DNA of 64,000 nucleotides from Deltaproteobacteria bacterium. Lineage in GTDB: Bacteria; Myxococcota; Kuafuiibacteriia; Kuafuiibacteriales; Kuafuiibacteriaceae. The stretch is from the NCBI GenBank assembly GCA_016713425.1, contig JADJPE010000005.1, forward strand, positions 3,901,532 to 3,965,531, read 5' to 3'. Both the position numbers and the translations under genes were made by a program. This document shows, piece after piece, positions 55,139 to 64,000 of this stretch. The notes under the pieces were generated by a model that saw only the letters and a list, made by a program, of their open reading frames with translations, did no database searches and was not told the DNA's origin. Position 1 is the stretch's first letter; every line of letters starts with the position of its first letter.

Positions 55139-58100
55139 ATGGGTTTCCGGATGCTCTCCGTTGCGACATGGTTCGGGCTCTCGGCCATGACCGTGGCAAT
55201 GGCTATGGCCATGGCCATGGTCATGGCGTCGTGTACGGCGCCGGCCATCGATGAATATGAGCCACACACCGGGATCGTGACCGGCACCCTGCTGTACCAG
55301 GTGCCGCCCGTCTCCCAAGACCCGTGCATGCCTTCGCCCGTGCGCGGCAACATCGTCGTCTTTCTCGTCGATGTGAACGACTTGCCTCCACCCGAGGGTT
55401 CGGGAAGTCCGGTCAATTTCGTGGTCGTGCCGGAAGCTTCGATGTTCGGCGTGCCTTCTCTCGACCGTCAGGATGAAACGATGATGGTGGGGCGTATCTA
55501 CTCAGCGCCCTTCACTTTGCCGACGGTGCCGGCCGGAACCTACCAAGTCCGCGCGTTCTTGGACGCGGACGGAGATTTCGTGCCGACGGTCGATCTCCTT
55601 GCGCAGCCGACGGCCGGTGATGTGGTTGGTGGGCACGTCGACGGCGTGACGGGCGCCTTCTTGGCGATTGAGGTGGAGGCTGATCGTGAGACGTCTCAGA
55701 TTACCGTGAATCTCGGGCGGAGCGTTCCGGTCGAACGTCCAGCGTTCAGCATTACGTCGACGACGACTTTCAATTCCAGCTTGGGGGAGCCGGGGTCGAT
55801 GGTATTGGCGGCTCATCCCATCGCACGTGCGTCGCTGTCGATGATACCAGACTGCTCGAAGTTCCTGGTTCAGCTCGTGGACGCCGATGGTGACGGGGAA
55901 GCCGACGACGTCAATGAGGATCATCTGCCTGACGTCTTTCCGCGCGTGACTTACCGGCGCATTGATCCGGATGTGCCGGGCGAGCAGGTCATTGTTCCGG
56001 GTGCAGTGAATCCGTACCCATTCCTTGACGCCCTCTTGGATTCTCCGTCCGGCGTGTTGGCCGAAAAGCTCGAGGTGGTCGTCTTGCCGATCGCCTATCG
56101 CGTGACGGAGGCGGGGATCGAACCGCTCGAGCGGATTCCGGACGGCACGTACGAGACGATCGTGATCGCGGGAACAGGCCAGACCTGGACCGTCCCGAAC
56201 GACCTGGACGCGCTCTTCGTGGATGATGGTCCGGACGCCTCACAGGCCGCGGTGGTGACTTGGCGTGGGGCCGAGGCCGCGGCGGTTGGTCATCTGAGTG
56301 GGAATCTGAAGCTTGCGCGAACCGAGTCCGTGGATGCGGTCGTGTTGGCTTTCGATGAACGTTCGCCGCCACCGCCGGAGGGGGGAGGGCGTCCGGTGGG
56401 GGCTGTGCTCGTGCATGCACGCGAGATGAACGAGGTGTCTCCGGGAGCGTGGGAGGCGACGTTTGACATCGGTGGTCTCAGGGATGGCACGTATCGCGTG
56501 GTCGCGGTGGCTGACGTGGACGGAAACCTCTCGCCTCTCGTGGCCCTCGCGGCGCAGCCGTCGCTTGGGGACATCGCCGGCCGTGCGGGGACGTCGGTCG
56601 TGGTGTCCGGGGATGCGGCCTGGGCGGGTGACATCGAGCTCACCGATTCGATTCCGTGTGATCCGCCCGTTTTTCGATTCGAGCCAGAGATTCTTGCCGG
56701 GACGGATTTTCCGGCGAGCATGACGCTTACGACGCAAGCTGTTCTGCCGCTTGGCATAACCGAGGACTCCGCCCAGATCCCCGTGCGCTTGAGAGGTCAG
56801 GACGAGGACGGCGACAATCTGCCGGACGTCTATCCGCGGGTATTCTTGTCGCTGATGAGTCCCGGGGGCGACGCCGCCTCGGCGGAGGACGACCCGCGGC
56901 ACCTCGTGATTCCAGCCCTCGTCAATCCGTTGCCGTTCCTGGCCGCGCTCGATCGCGGGGAGCCGTTCGTGCTGACCAAGACGCTGCCGCTCATCTTGCC
57001 GCCAGTGGCGATGAATCTCGAGACGCAAGCGATCGAGCGTCCGATTCCGGCCGGCCGCTATCGTGTCCACGTGTTGTCGGGCACGGGCCAGACCTGGTCG
57101 GTCCCTAACACCTTGAATGACGCGCTCGGCTGGGCAGAAACTACGTCCGAGGATCAAAGCCAGGTCAGGGTGGTGGAGGTCTCGAGTGAAGCGCTTCCAC
57201 TCGGGGTCATCACCGGGCGAGTTCGCGGCGATGGCGCGTGGCCTGCGGGCGATTTTCAGGTCGTGGTTGCTGCCTACGGTGTCCACGACCTCGAGCCTCC
57301 GCGTGGCGATCGGGTACCGGCTGCGACCGCGGTGGTTTCAGGCGATCGTATTCGACCCACGGGGTCCACGTCCTACCGGCTCACCGGGCTCGCGACGGGC
57401 GCCTATCAAGTCGAAGCGTTCCTCGATACTGGGGATGACTTTGTTCCGTGGTTTTCAGTGATGCGGCAACCGAACGAAGGGGACGTGGGCGGGGGCTATC
57501 TGGATCTCGGGTCGGGCAGGCTTCGAACGGTCGTGGTCGAGGCGCTTGGCGCGCCTGCGTCCGGTGTGGATGTCGACATCAAGGCCGCGAAGTCTTTCAC
57601 TCACGATCCACCCGCGTTCTTCTTGCCGGATCGGGTCACGCTCGAGGGTCCCACCGGGACGGTGTCTGTGCTGGTGAGTCGTCTGACGGAGACGAACATC
57701 GCGTTCTCGGTTCATGGAAGCTTGCGGGTGGGGTGGTTCGACCGTGATGGCGATGGTCTGGACGACGACGTGGATGGGGACGGCGAAGCCGATGTCTTTC
57801 CGACGGTCGTCGCCGATCGACTGGACCCAAGCGATTCCACTCGGCAGAAGCTTGCCGAACAGCGCGTTCGTATTCGAGGGTGGATCGATCCCGCTCAGTT
57901 TCCGGCGCTGGATCGGGTGACGAACCCGGTCGTCGATGTGCCCACGGTGGTCGTCAGTTTTTCGAGCACGGCGTGGGATTTGGCGAACCCTGGACAATCG
58001 ATTTCGCCGCCCGCCGGCGAGTACCGCGTTACGTTGATCAACGAGGCTGGCCAAGCTTGGTCGTCGCCCAACCCGCTCGCCGATGCGGCGGGCACGCGAT

Positions 58101-58141
58101 ATGCGTTGACCCAGGGACGGTCGATGGGGGTTCAGGAGTGA
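55139..58141 (+). CDS. Large lipoprotein built of three ~300-aa tandem super-repeats
   Basis: Signal 'AMAMAMAMVMASC'. The three modules are written out in the findings. Starts 3 bp after the receptor stop. Confidence 0.6.
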   Translation: MGFRMLSVATWFGLSAMTVAMAMAMAMVMASCTAPAIDEYEPHTGIVTGTLLYQVPPVSQDPCMPSPVRGNIVVFLVDVNDLPPPEGSGSPVNFVVVPEASMFGVPSLDRQDETMMVGRIYSAPFTLPTVPAGTYQVRAFLDADGDFVPTVDLLAQPTAGDVVGGHVDGVTGAFLAIEVEADRETSQITVNLGRSVPVERPAFSITSTTTFNSSLGEPGSMVLAAHPIARASLSMIPDCSKFLVQLVDADGDGEADDVNEDHLPDVFPRVTYRRIDPDVPGEQVIVPGAVNPYPFLDALLDSPSGVLAEKLEVVVLPIAYRVTEAGIEPLERIPDGTYETIVIAGTGQTWTVPNDLDALFVDDGPDASQAAVVTWRGAEAAAVGHLSGNLKLARTESVDAVVLAFDERSPPPPEGGGRPVGAVLVHAREMNEVSPGAWEATFDIGGLRDGTYRVVAVADVDGNLSPLVALAAQPSLGDIAGRAGTSVVVSGDAAWAGDIELTDSIPCDPPVFRFEPEILAGTDFPASMTLTTQAVLPLGITEDSAQIPVRLRGQDEDGDNLPDVYPRVFLSLMSPGGDAASAEDDPRHLVIPALVNPLPFLAALDRGEPFVLTKTLPLILPPVAMNLETQAIERPIPAGRYRVHVLSGTGQTWSVPNTLNDALGWAETTSEDQSQVRVVEVSSEALPLGVITGRVRGDGAWPAGDFQVVVAAYGVHDLEPPRGDRVPAATAVVSGDRIRPTGSTSYRLTGLATGAYQVEAFLDTGDDFVPWFSVMRQPNEGDVGGGYLDLGSGRLRTVVVEALGAPASGVDVDIKAAKSFTHDPPAFFLPDRVTLEGPTGTVSVLVSRLTETNIAFSVHGSLRVGWFDRDGDGLDDDVDGDGEADVFPTVVADRLDPSDSTRQKLAEQRVRIRGWIDPAQFPALDRVTNPVVDVPTVVVSFSSTAWDLANPGQSISPPAGEYRVTLINEAGQAWSSPNPLADAAGTRYALTQGRSMGVQE

Positions 58142-58184
58142 TGAGATGGCTGGCCGTTGGCCGTGGTGTTGGATCGGTCGTGTG

Positions 58185-59513
58185 CTACTGCAAGATCTTG
58201 GCTCGAGGATCGATCGCCTGCCAACCGTCTTTGGTTGCGTAGGTGAGCCAGACATTGTCGAGCGCCTGGTGACGATCGGGTCCGAACTGCGTCAGCGTAT
58301 TGAGGCCGATGTTGAATGCCCCCATGCTCTCAGCCGTCTTGATGAAATTCTCGCGCGTTATGTCGCCCTTCATCTCCTCGAGGACCGCGATGAACGCTCG
58401 CGCGCTGACGTAGCCTTCGAACGAGCCGAAGCTGTATGGGGAGTCGGATTGGTAGGCCTTGTCTGCGAAGTCAGGACGATCGACTTTGAACTTGTCTATC
58501 GCAGTTCGGTATTGGGAAACGATCAAGTTGTCAACCGCGTTGTAGCTCGGGACGACCTGTGAATTGATCACGTTCACGATCATGGGCGTTCCGGATTCCG
58601 TCTCTTCCTGAAGAAGAATCTTCAGGAGCTGGTCCGATCCGACGAACGAGAGGTTTGCGATCGGTACGTTCCATCCTGCTTTGCGGGCATCGCGAATCAG
58701 CCCGGCACATGCCTGGTAGGCGCCGACTGCGATGATCGCATCGACGCGGGCATCCTTGAGCGTCTTTATCTGGGCCGTGTTGGCGACCGAGTACTCCTGG
58801 CCCCGCGGGTAGCGCGCTTCGGCTGCGAGCTCTCGCCCGCTGGCGGTCAGCGCACGTACGACGCCATCCTTGCCGCTCTCGCCATAAGCGTCGTCTTGGA
58901 TGTAGATGCCGATCTTGGTCCGGCCCTGGGCCGACAGGTAGTCCACCAGCGCTTTTGTCTCGTCGCGATAGGAAGCACGGACGTTGAAGACGAACTCACT
59001 GTAGGGCGGCTCGCGCTGAGCCTGCGCGCCCGTGAAGTTCGAGAAGTAGAAAAGCTTGTTCTTCTTATAATACGACTGAACGATCGGAAGCGCTTTGACC
59101 ATCGTTGGCGTGCCGACGCCGCCGAAGAGTGCGAAGACCGCCGAATCCTCGGCAAGCTTGGTCACCGCCGCTGGTGCTTTCGCCGCGTCATAGCCGTCGT
59201 CGGCCGTAATTAGGTCGACCCGTACGCTGGTCGTGGGGCGAGCGTTGTACTCGAGGAACGCTGTCTTGGCGCCCCGCCACATCTCGATCCCGAGGCCAGC
59301 CGAAGGGCCAGTGAAAGCGGCCGGTTGGCCGAGCATGATCATCTTGGGCCGCCCTGCGTTGCCTCCGGTGGCCTTTTGAGCTTCACCCGGCATCGCGGCC
59401 GTCGCGGCTGGTTTCGTCTCTTCTTTGCACCCTGTCATCGCGAGCGAAACGATGGCGCCCATAGACAACAGTCCGAGCTGCTTCGCTCGGACCTGTGCGC
59501 GTACTACCCTCAT
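58185..59513 (-). CDS. ABC-type substrate-binding lipoprotein, LivK / Peripla_BP_6 family (branched-chain amino acid / amide type)
   Basis: Lipobox 'MTGC'. 'KMIMLGQPAAFTGPSAGLGIEMWRG' and 'DAAKAPAAVTKLAEDSAVFALFGGVGT' fit the LivJ/LivK fold. Confidence 0.65.
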   Translation of the reverse strand: MRVVRAQVRAKQLGLLSMGAIVSLAMTGCKEETKPAATAAMPGEAQKATGGNAGRPKMIMLGQPAAFTGPSAGLGIEMWRGAKTAFLEYNARPTTSVRVDLITADDGYDAAKAPAAVTKLAEDSAVFALFGGVGTPTMVKALPIVQSYYKKNKLFYFSNFTGAQAQREPPYSEFVFNVRASYRDETKALVDYLSAQGRTKIGIYIQDDAYGESGKDGVVRALTASGRELAAEARYPRGQEYSVANTAQIKTLKDARVDAIIAVGAYQACAGLIRDARKAGWNVPIANLSFVGSDQLLKILLQEETESGTPMIVNVINSQVVPSYNAVDNLIVSQYRTAIDKFKVDRPDFADKAYQSDSPYSFGSFEGYVSARAFIAVLEEMKGDITRENFIKTAESMGAFNIGLNTLTQFGPDRHQALDNVWLTYATKDGWQAIDPRAKILQ

Positions 59514-59690
59514 TGAGTTCCTCCTCCTGTTTCCCGATTGCCTAATTGCGGGACCACCCCGCCACCCGGCTTCGTTAGCTACAACACTCTCGGACTGACC
59601 GCCAGGGACGGACGTAGCGAGAGGACTCGAGAGGACTCATATGTATGCAGGAGTGCGCCTCGGGCGTTGCGCACGATCGCCAGAGATGAA

Positions 59691-62060
59691 ATGAGCGAAC
59701 GGGACAGGCGGCCGAGCAAAATGTCTTGGAGCAGCACGACGACGGCGCACGATGATCGGGCCCTCCGGATCGAACTTGAAACACATGATCGTGCCATCGG
59801 TGCGTGCGGCACGTCTGGCGCTTGTGGCACGTCTGGCATGTCTGGCACGTCCGTCTGGTTGGGTGCGGAACCGACCTTCACACGCGCGGAGATCTACTCG
59901 CCCGAGTGGACGACCGAGGCCCTTGGCACCGAGAAGGAACAAGTCGCCCGACAGATCGCTCGTGGGTTGTTCGCTTCGACGCCCGGGGCGATCTTGCTTC
60001 GAACAGTCGGACGTCAGTACCCTGGCGAGCCGCGGCCTCGCTGGGCTTACGGTGTCTATGCCCCTCGTGGTGCGCCTCCGGTGTGGAGACCGGGCGTCTT
60101 GCTCGATCCGCTGGTCAAGTTGGGTGCCGACGGCATCGGCGACACAATGACCGAAACCGACGGCGAGACGGATGACGGGGCAGACGCTGAAGACGCCGTG
60201 ACCTCTCGACGTCTTCTTGCCTTTCGTGACGCGCTTTCTGACGAACTAGAGCGCCTCGGCTATCGATCGCGCGTGTCCAATTGCGACGACGATTCCGAGT
60301 ACCTTCTGTGTAGTATCCGCGAGGCTTCGGATCGCGCACTTCGTCCTGGCTCCGAATGGAATGGAACACCCGATTCTGAGTCTGAGTCTGATGCGGATGC
60401 GGATGTGCGTCTTGATGGGGCGAATCTGAACCCGACGAGCGTGCACGAGCGCGAGACGCCTTCGTCAGGATTGGTGGACCCGTGGGCCGCTCGAGGCGTA
60501 TGGCGGTTCTGCATCAAGGCGAGTTCGCCCGCGGATACGCCCGAACGTTCGATTCGCCTTGAGCTCCCGCAGTTTCAGAACGTTCCGGAATTTTCGCGGG
60601 TGATTCAGTGCATCGCGGACGCGATCCAGCGGATGGGTTCGCCGCCCATCATCATGGCCGGTTATCCCCCGCCCGTGGATGAGACCGTCGTCTTCGTCAC
60701 CGTGACGCCAGACCCTGCGGTTATCGAAGTCAACGCTGCGCCCTGGCCGGATGTTGGATCGTTTTATCGGGATCAGGTGCAGATCTACGAGACCGCAAGC
60801 GCGGCGGGTCTCAGTCCGGTCCGTCGGCACTATTCGGGCGAGGTTGTGGACTCCGGTGGAGGCGGGCATCTTACTTTGGGCGGCCGGACACCGAGCGATA
60901 GTCCCTTCCTGCGTGTGCCCCATCTCCTCCCGGGCATGCTTCGCTACTTCAATCGTCACCCCTCGCTCTCCTACGCGTTTGCCGTCGATTCGCTCGGGGC
61001 ATCGAGTCAGTCGCCGCGGGCAGACGAAGGACTCGGTGAGCGTTTCGATGAGTTTGCCCTCGCGCTCGAGATTCTCGCGCGCCACCCCGCGGCCGATGGT
61101 CCGGCGCTCTGGAGCCAACTTCAGCCGTTTCTTAGCGATCACTTGGGCAATACGCATCGGTCTGAACTCAACATCGAGAAGCTGGCCAACCCGAACTTGC
61201 CCGGCCGCGGGCAGCTCGGACTTCTCGAGCTGAGGGCGCTCCGGATGCCGGCCTCGCCGGCCCATGCGGCTGTGCGTGCGGCGTTCTTTCGTGCGATCGT
61301 CGTGATGCTCATGCGCCAGCCGTACGAGGCGCCCCTGATTCACTGGGGGACTGAGCTTCACGATCGTTTTGCGCTGCCGTGCTTTCTTGCGGCTGACCTT
61401 CGCGAAGTTCTCAGCGACCTCGAGCGGGCCGGGCTTGGGCTTGGTCCTGAGTGTTGCGCGCTGCTCGAGGCGGGCGATCGCCGTTTGATCGGCGAGCTCA
61501 ACATGACGGATGGCCCCTCGCTGCGGGTCGAGGCGGCGCTCGAGTTCTGGCCGCTGGTCGGCGACAGCGCATCGCAGGAGCGCAGGGCGGCGCGCTGTGT
61601 TGACGCCAGCAGTCGCCGGATCGCGGTCGTCGTGCGGGTCGAAGACGACGAGATGCTTTCTCGGGTCGTCGTGGGCGTCAACGGCTGGCGCCTTCCGTTG
61701 ATCCGGACGGAGCTCGATGGTGTCCTGCTCGGGGTGCGCGCGTTTCGCTATCGAGCCTTCGTGCCGGCGCCTGGACTCCATCCGACCCTGGCGGCCCAAC
61801 GCGATCTGACGATGACTGTGGGGCTCAGCGGTTCCGATGCCGTGGCGCTGAATGCGCGCATCCATGATTGGAAGCCCAGCGGTGGGAGCTACGACGGCGT
61901 TCCCTGGTCCGACGACGAAGCGCTGCGACGGCGGCGCGAGCGGTTCGTCGTTGAGCCGGTCGATGCCCGCGTGTTGGCCGCGCTCAGGGTGCCCGACATC
62001 GAGGCGTTGACGCGGTATACGGTGGACTTGCGAAGGCTCGAGCTGCGCGTTCTGGGATAG
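59691..62060 (+). CDS. Large conserved hypothetical protein (possibly related to the DUF2126 / transglutaminase-associated family)
   Basis: ~790-aa ORF with a natural aromatic and Cys composition. Contains a 'GACGTSGACGTSGMSGTS' stretch from a short DNA repeat. The DUF2126 assignment is from memory only. Confidence 0.4.
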   Translation: MSERDRRPSKMSWSSTTTAHDDRALRIELETHDRAIGACGTSGACGTSGMSGTSVWLGAEPTFTRAEIYSPEWTTEALGTEKEQVARQIARGLFASTPGAILLRTVGRQYPGEPRPRWAYGVYAPRGAPPVWRPGVLLDPLVKLGADGIGDTMTETDGETDDGADAEDAVTSRRLLAFRDALSDELERLGYRSRVSNCDDDSEYLLCSIREASDRALRPGSEWNGTPDSESESDADADVRLDGANLNPTSVHERETPSSGLVDPWAARGVWRFCIKASSPADTPERSIRLELPQFQNVPEFSRVIQCIADAIQRMGSPPIIMAGYPPPVDETVVFVTVTPDPAVIEVNAAPWPDVGSFYRDQVQIYETASAAGLSPVRRHYSGEVVDSGGGGHLTLGGRTPSDSPFLRVPHLLPGMLRYFNRHPSLSYAFAVDSLGASSQSPRADEGLGERFDEFALALEILARHPAADGPALWSQLQPFLSDHLGNTHRSELNIEKLANPNLPGRGQLGLLELRALRMPASPAHAAVRAAFFRAIVVMLMRQPYEAPLIHWGTELHDRFALPCFLAADLREVLSDLERAGLGLGPECCALLEAGDRRLIGELNMTDGPSLRVEAALEFWPLVGDSASQERRAARCVDASSRRIAVVVRVEDDEMLSRVVVGVNGWRLPLIRTELDGVLLGVRAFRYRAFVPAPGLHPTLAAQRDLTMTVGLSGSDAVALNARIHDWKPSGGSYDGVPWSDDEALRRRRERFVVEPVDARVLAALRVPDIEALTRYTVDLRRLELRVLG

Positions 62061-62092
62061 CGTAGAGAATGGGATAGCGTAGTGAAACATCC

Positions 62093-62287
62093 ATGAAACC
62101 TGCGTCAGCGATCTTGGTCATCGTTACAGTTCTTCTGCTTGCGGCGTGTGGGCTTTGGATCTTTGGAGCCGGGATTGTGCCGGGCTGGCTCATCGCAGCC
62201 CTGTGGGGCGCGGCTCTGACCGTCGTCCTGTTACCGCTGGCGCTTTCGATCTTTGACCGAGCCACAAGGCGGAAGCGCCCGCGTTGA
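62093..62287 (+). CDS. Small two-TM membrane protein (hypothetical)
   Basis: 64 aa, two hydrophobic helices, basic C-terminus 'RRKRPR'. Confidence 0.3.
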   Translation: MKPASAILVIVTVLLLAACGLWIFGAGIVPGWLIAALWGAALTVVLLPLALSIFDRATRRKRPR

Positions 62288-62369
62288 AAATCTCGGGAGG
62301 ATCCGCGGAGCCGCGGCCGTGTACCCAATGCGGAGCATGCTGTCGTGCGCCGCGCGGCGCGATTCTCGG

Positions 62370-63149
62370 TCAGTAGATGAACTGCTCGCGGAGGATTCGT
62401 TCCTCCAGGCTGTGCTCCGGATCGAACAGCAGCTTGAGCTCGATTTCATGGGCCTCTTCGACCTCGACCTCGCGAACGCCGCGGACCTCTGTGTTGTCGG
62501 CGGTCGCGCTCACCGGACGTTCCTGCTGGTCGACGATCTCGAACTTCACGCGCGCGCGCCGCGGGAGGAGTGCGCCGTGCCATCGGCGTGGGCGAAAGGC
62601 GCTGATCGGCGTAAGAGCAAGGACCCCCGCGTCGAGCGGCAAGATCGGGCCATGCGCGGATAGGTTGTAGGCTGTGCTCCCCGCTGGGGTTGCGACGAGT
62701 ACCCCATCACAGATGAGGTCGCTGACGCGGAGCTTGTCGTCGACGTACACGCGGATGTGGGCTGCTTGGTAAGTCTGCCGGAGAAGCGAGACTTCGTTGA
62801 TCGCGAGGGCTTCCTCGCGTGAGCCATCGAGCGTGTGGGCGACCATTCGGAGAGGTCGGAGGGCTGTCTCTTCGGCGCGGTTGACCCGCTCGATCAGGCC
62901 TTCGGTCTCGAAGGCGTTCATAAGAAAACCGACGGTCCCCCGGTTCATGCCATAGATGGGCACACTTCGATTCATGTGACGATGGAGTGTGCGAAGCATG
63001 AAGCCGTCGCCGCCGATCGCGACGATGACGTCCCCGTCTTCCGGGGCCACTGACCCATAGGTGGCGCGGAGGCTCGTGAGTGCCTCTTGTGCGGCCGCGC
63101 TTCGGGACGCCACGAAGGCGGGTCTTCGGTAGCGAGCCGACCAGGACAT
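62370..63149 (-). CDS. nadK: NAD+ kinase
   Basis: '[13 protein letters not shown]' (GGDG) and '[23 protein letters not shown]' are NadK signature motifs. Confidence 0.85.
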   Translation of the reverse strand: MSWSARYRRPAFVASRSAAAQEALTSLRATYGSVAPEDGDVIVAIGGDGFMLRTLHRHMNRSVPIYGMNRGTVGFLMNAFETEGLIERVNRAEETALRPLRMVAHTLDGSREEALAINEVSLLRQTYQAAHIRVYVDDKLRVSDLICDGVLVATPAGSTAYNLSAHGPILPLDAGVLALTPISAFRPRRWHGALLPRRARVKFEIVDQQERPVSATADNTEVRGVREVEVEEAHEIELKLLFDPEHSLEERILREQFIY

Positions 63150-63247
63150 GCGCTGAGGGGTACCACGATTTCAGGCAGAACCCGAGCGAGGTCTATCGAC
63201 AATTGGTGTTGACGGATAGTGCGGGCGTTTCCGATGCTTTAGCCCAG

Positions 63248-64000
63248 ATGCACGAGCAAACTCTCAAGAACGGTCTCAAGCTCATCGTGGAGGAGAACCA
63301 CGCGTCACGCGTCGTTGCGGCCCAGGTTTGGGTGCGGGTGGGATCGGCCGATGAGCTCCCCGATGAGGCCGGCCTTGCGCACGTTCACGAACACATGTTG
63401 TTCAAGGGCACCGAGCGCCGAAGGGTTGGAGAAATCGCTTCGGATATCGAGGCGGCGGGCGGTGAGATCAATGCGTGGACGAGCTTCGATGAGACGGTCT
63501 ACCACGTCACCATCGCGAGCCGCGAGGTCGATACGGCTCTCGACATCTTGGCCGACGCCGTTCAGCATTCGACTTTCGACGCCGATGAGTTGGCGCGTGA
63601 GCTCGAGGTCGTCTTGGAGGAGCTGCGTCGCGGCAACGATACGCCTTCGCGTGTAGCGAGCGAGATGTTGTTCGAGACGGCCTTCGAGGCGCACCCGTAT
63701 CGACGGCCGGTGATCGGGTACCTCGAAACGGTCAAGGCCTTTACGCGCGAGAAGATTCTAGCCTTCTATCGAAAGTGGTACCGCCCCGACAACATGTGCC
63801 TAGTCGTTGTGGGTGACGTCGAGACCGACAAGATCATCGCGCGCGCCGAGGCGCTCTTCGAATCGCGTGAGACGGCGGAGCCGATTGTTCGCCCGTCGCG
63901 GCCTGTCGATCAGGCGCCGACCGTAATTCGGGTCGCCAAGAAGGTGCAAGATATCCAAGAGACCCATCTCGGGTTTTCGTGGCTCGGAACCCATCTCGCG
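63248..64000 (+). CDS. Peptidase M16 (pitrilysin/insulinase family) zinc protease, 5' partial (runs off window)
   Basis: Manual translation gives 'MHEQTLKNGLKLIVEENHASRVVAAQVWVRVGSADE...GLAHVHEHMLFKGT' with the inverted zincin HxxEH motif. No stop before the window end. Not in the ORF track because it is incomplete. Confidence 0.7.
   Translation, partial: MHEQTLKNGLKLIVEENHASRVVAAQVWVRVGSADELPDEAGLAHVHEHMLFKGTERRRVGEIASDIEAAGGEINAWTSFDETVYHVTIASREVDTALDILADAVQHSTFDADELARELEVVLEELRRGNDTPSRVASEMLFETAFEAHPYRRPVIGYLETVKAFTREKILAFYRKWYRPDNMCLVVVGDVETDKIIARAEALFESRETAEPIVRPSRPVDQAPTVIRVAKKVQDIQETHLGFSWLGTHLA

Noticed and set aside
59806-59850. TGGCACGTCTGGCA... motifs considered as sigma-54 promoter (-24 TGGCAC / -12 TTGCA), given the nearby NtrC-family activator
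   Set aside because: No properly spaced GC/TTGC -12 element. The motif is part of a short coding tandem repeat inside an ORF.
1-64000. Search by eye for rRNA, tRNA, CRISPR, transposase, integrase, phage or defence-system genes
   Set aside because: None recognised. Intergenic regions are short and lack tRNA-like cloverleaf candidates, though tRNAs cannot be excluded without a covariance-model scan. A prompt-suggested novel defence or accessory system could not be supported. The novelty candidates here are signalling and envelope architectures instead.

Overview
This 64-kb window is GC-rich (about 68-70% GC). It carries a Myxococcus-type Cys-rich repeat (CGDG...ECDDG...DGDGCS...C) in a TIG lipoprotein, three eukaryotic-like Ser/Thr kinases with an FHA partner, and a sigma-54 enhancer-binding protein. 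Together these point to a Myxococcales (Myxococcota) chromosome. I could support about 50 features: roughly 45 CDS, the rest repeat arrays and one weak terminator candidate. I saw no rRNA, tRNA, CRISPR array, transposase or integrase by eye, though manual reading cannot exclude tRNAs. Most of the content is core and signalling genes rather than an obvious accessory island.

Core and housekeeping genes:
- A Tol-Pal cluster (tolQ, tolR, tolA, tolB, pal), with ppx immediately downstream.
- korAB (2-oxoglutarate:ferredoxin oxidoreductase), followed on the same strand by an NtrB/NtrC-like two-component pair.
- ftsK and lolA, arranged divergently.
- nadK, a thiO-like oxidase, and a partial M16 peptidase at the 3' edge.

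Most unusual items:
- A single ORF fusing a GNAT acetyltransferase domain to an HDAC/AcuC-type deacetylase domain (10639-12390).
- A Ser/Thr kinase fused to a TM/HAMP/HATPase-like sensor, translationally coupled to a FecR-domain gene and followed by the TIG/Cys-repeat lipoprotein.
- A tight operon of a PEGA-domain Ser/Thr kinase, a TonB-dependent receptor with a duplicated N-terminal TPR extension, and a 1000-aa lipoprotein built of three ~300-aa super-repeats.
- A ~9-copy tandem 13-bp array whose unit junctions form the palindrome TCCGAGTCGGA, in a divergent promoter region.
- An SSR cluster ((TCT)n, (GGTTGA)n, (GAA)n) that writes poly-Ser, poly-QP and poly-Phe tails onto convergent genes.
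- An FHA-GAF-adenylyl cyclase / Ser/Thr kinase / J-domain / GT4 operon.

Family calls rest on motifs I recognise from memory, not on database searches. Internal start codons were placed by residue index within the supplied ORFs and may be off by a few codons.
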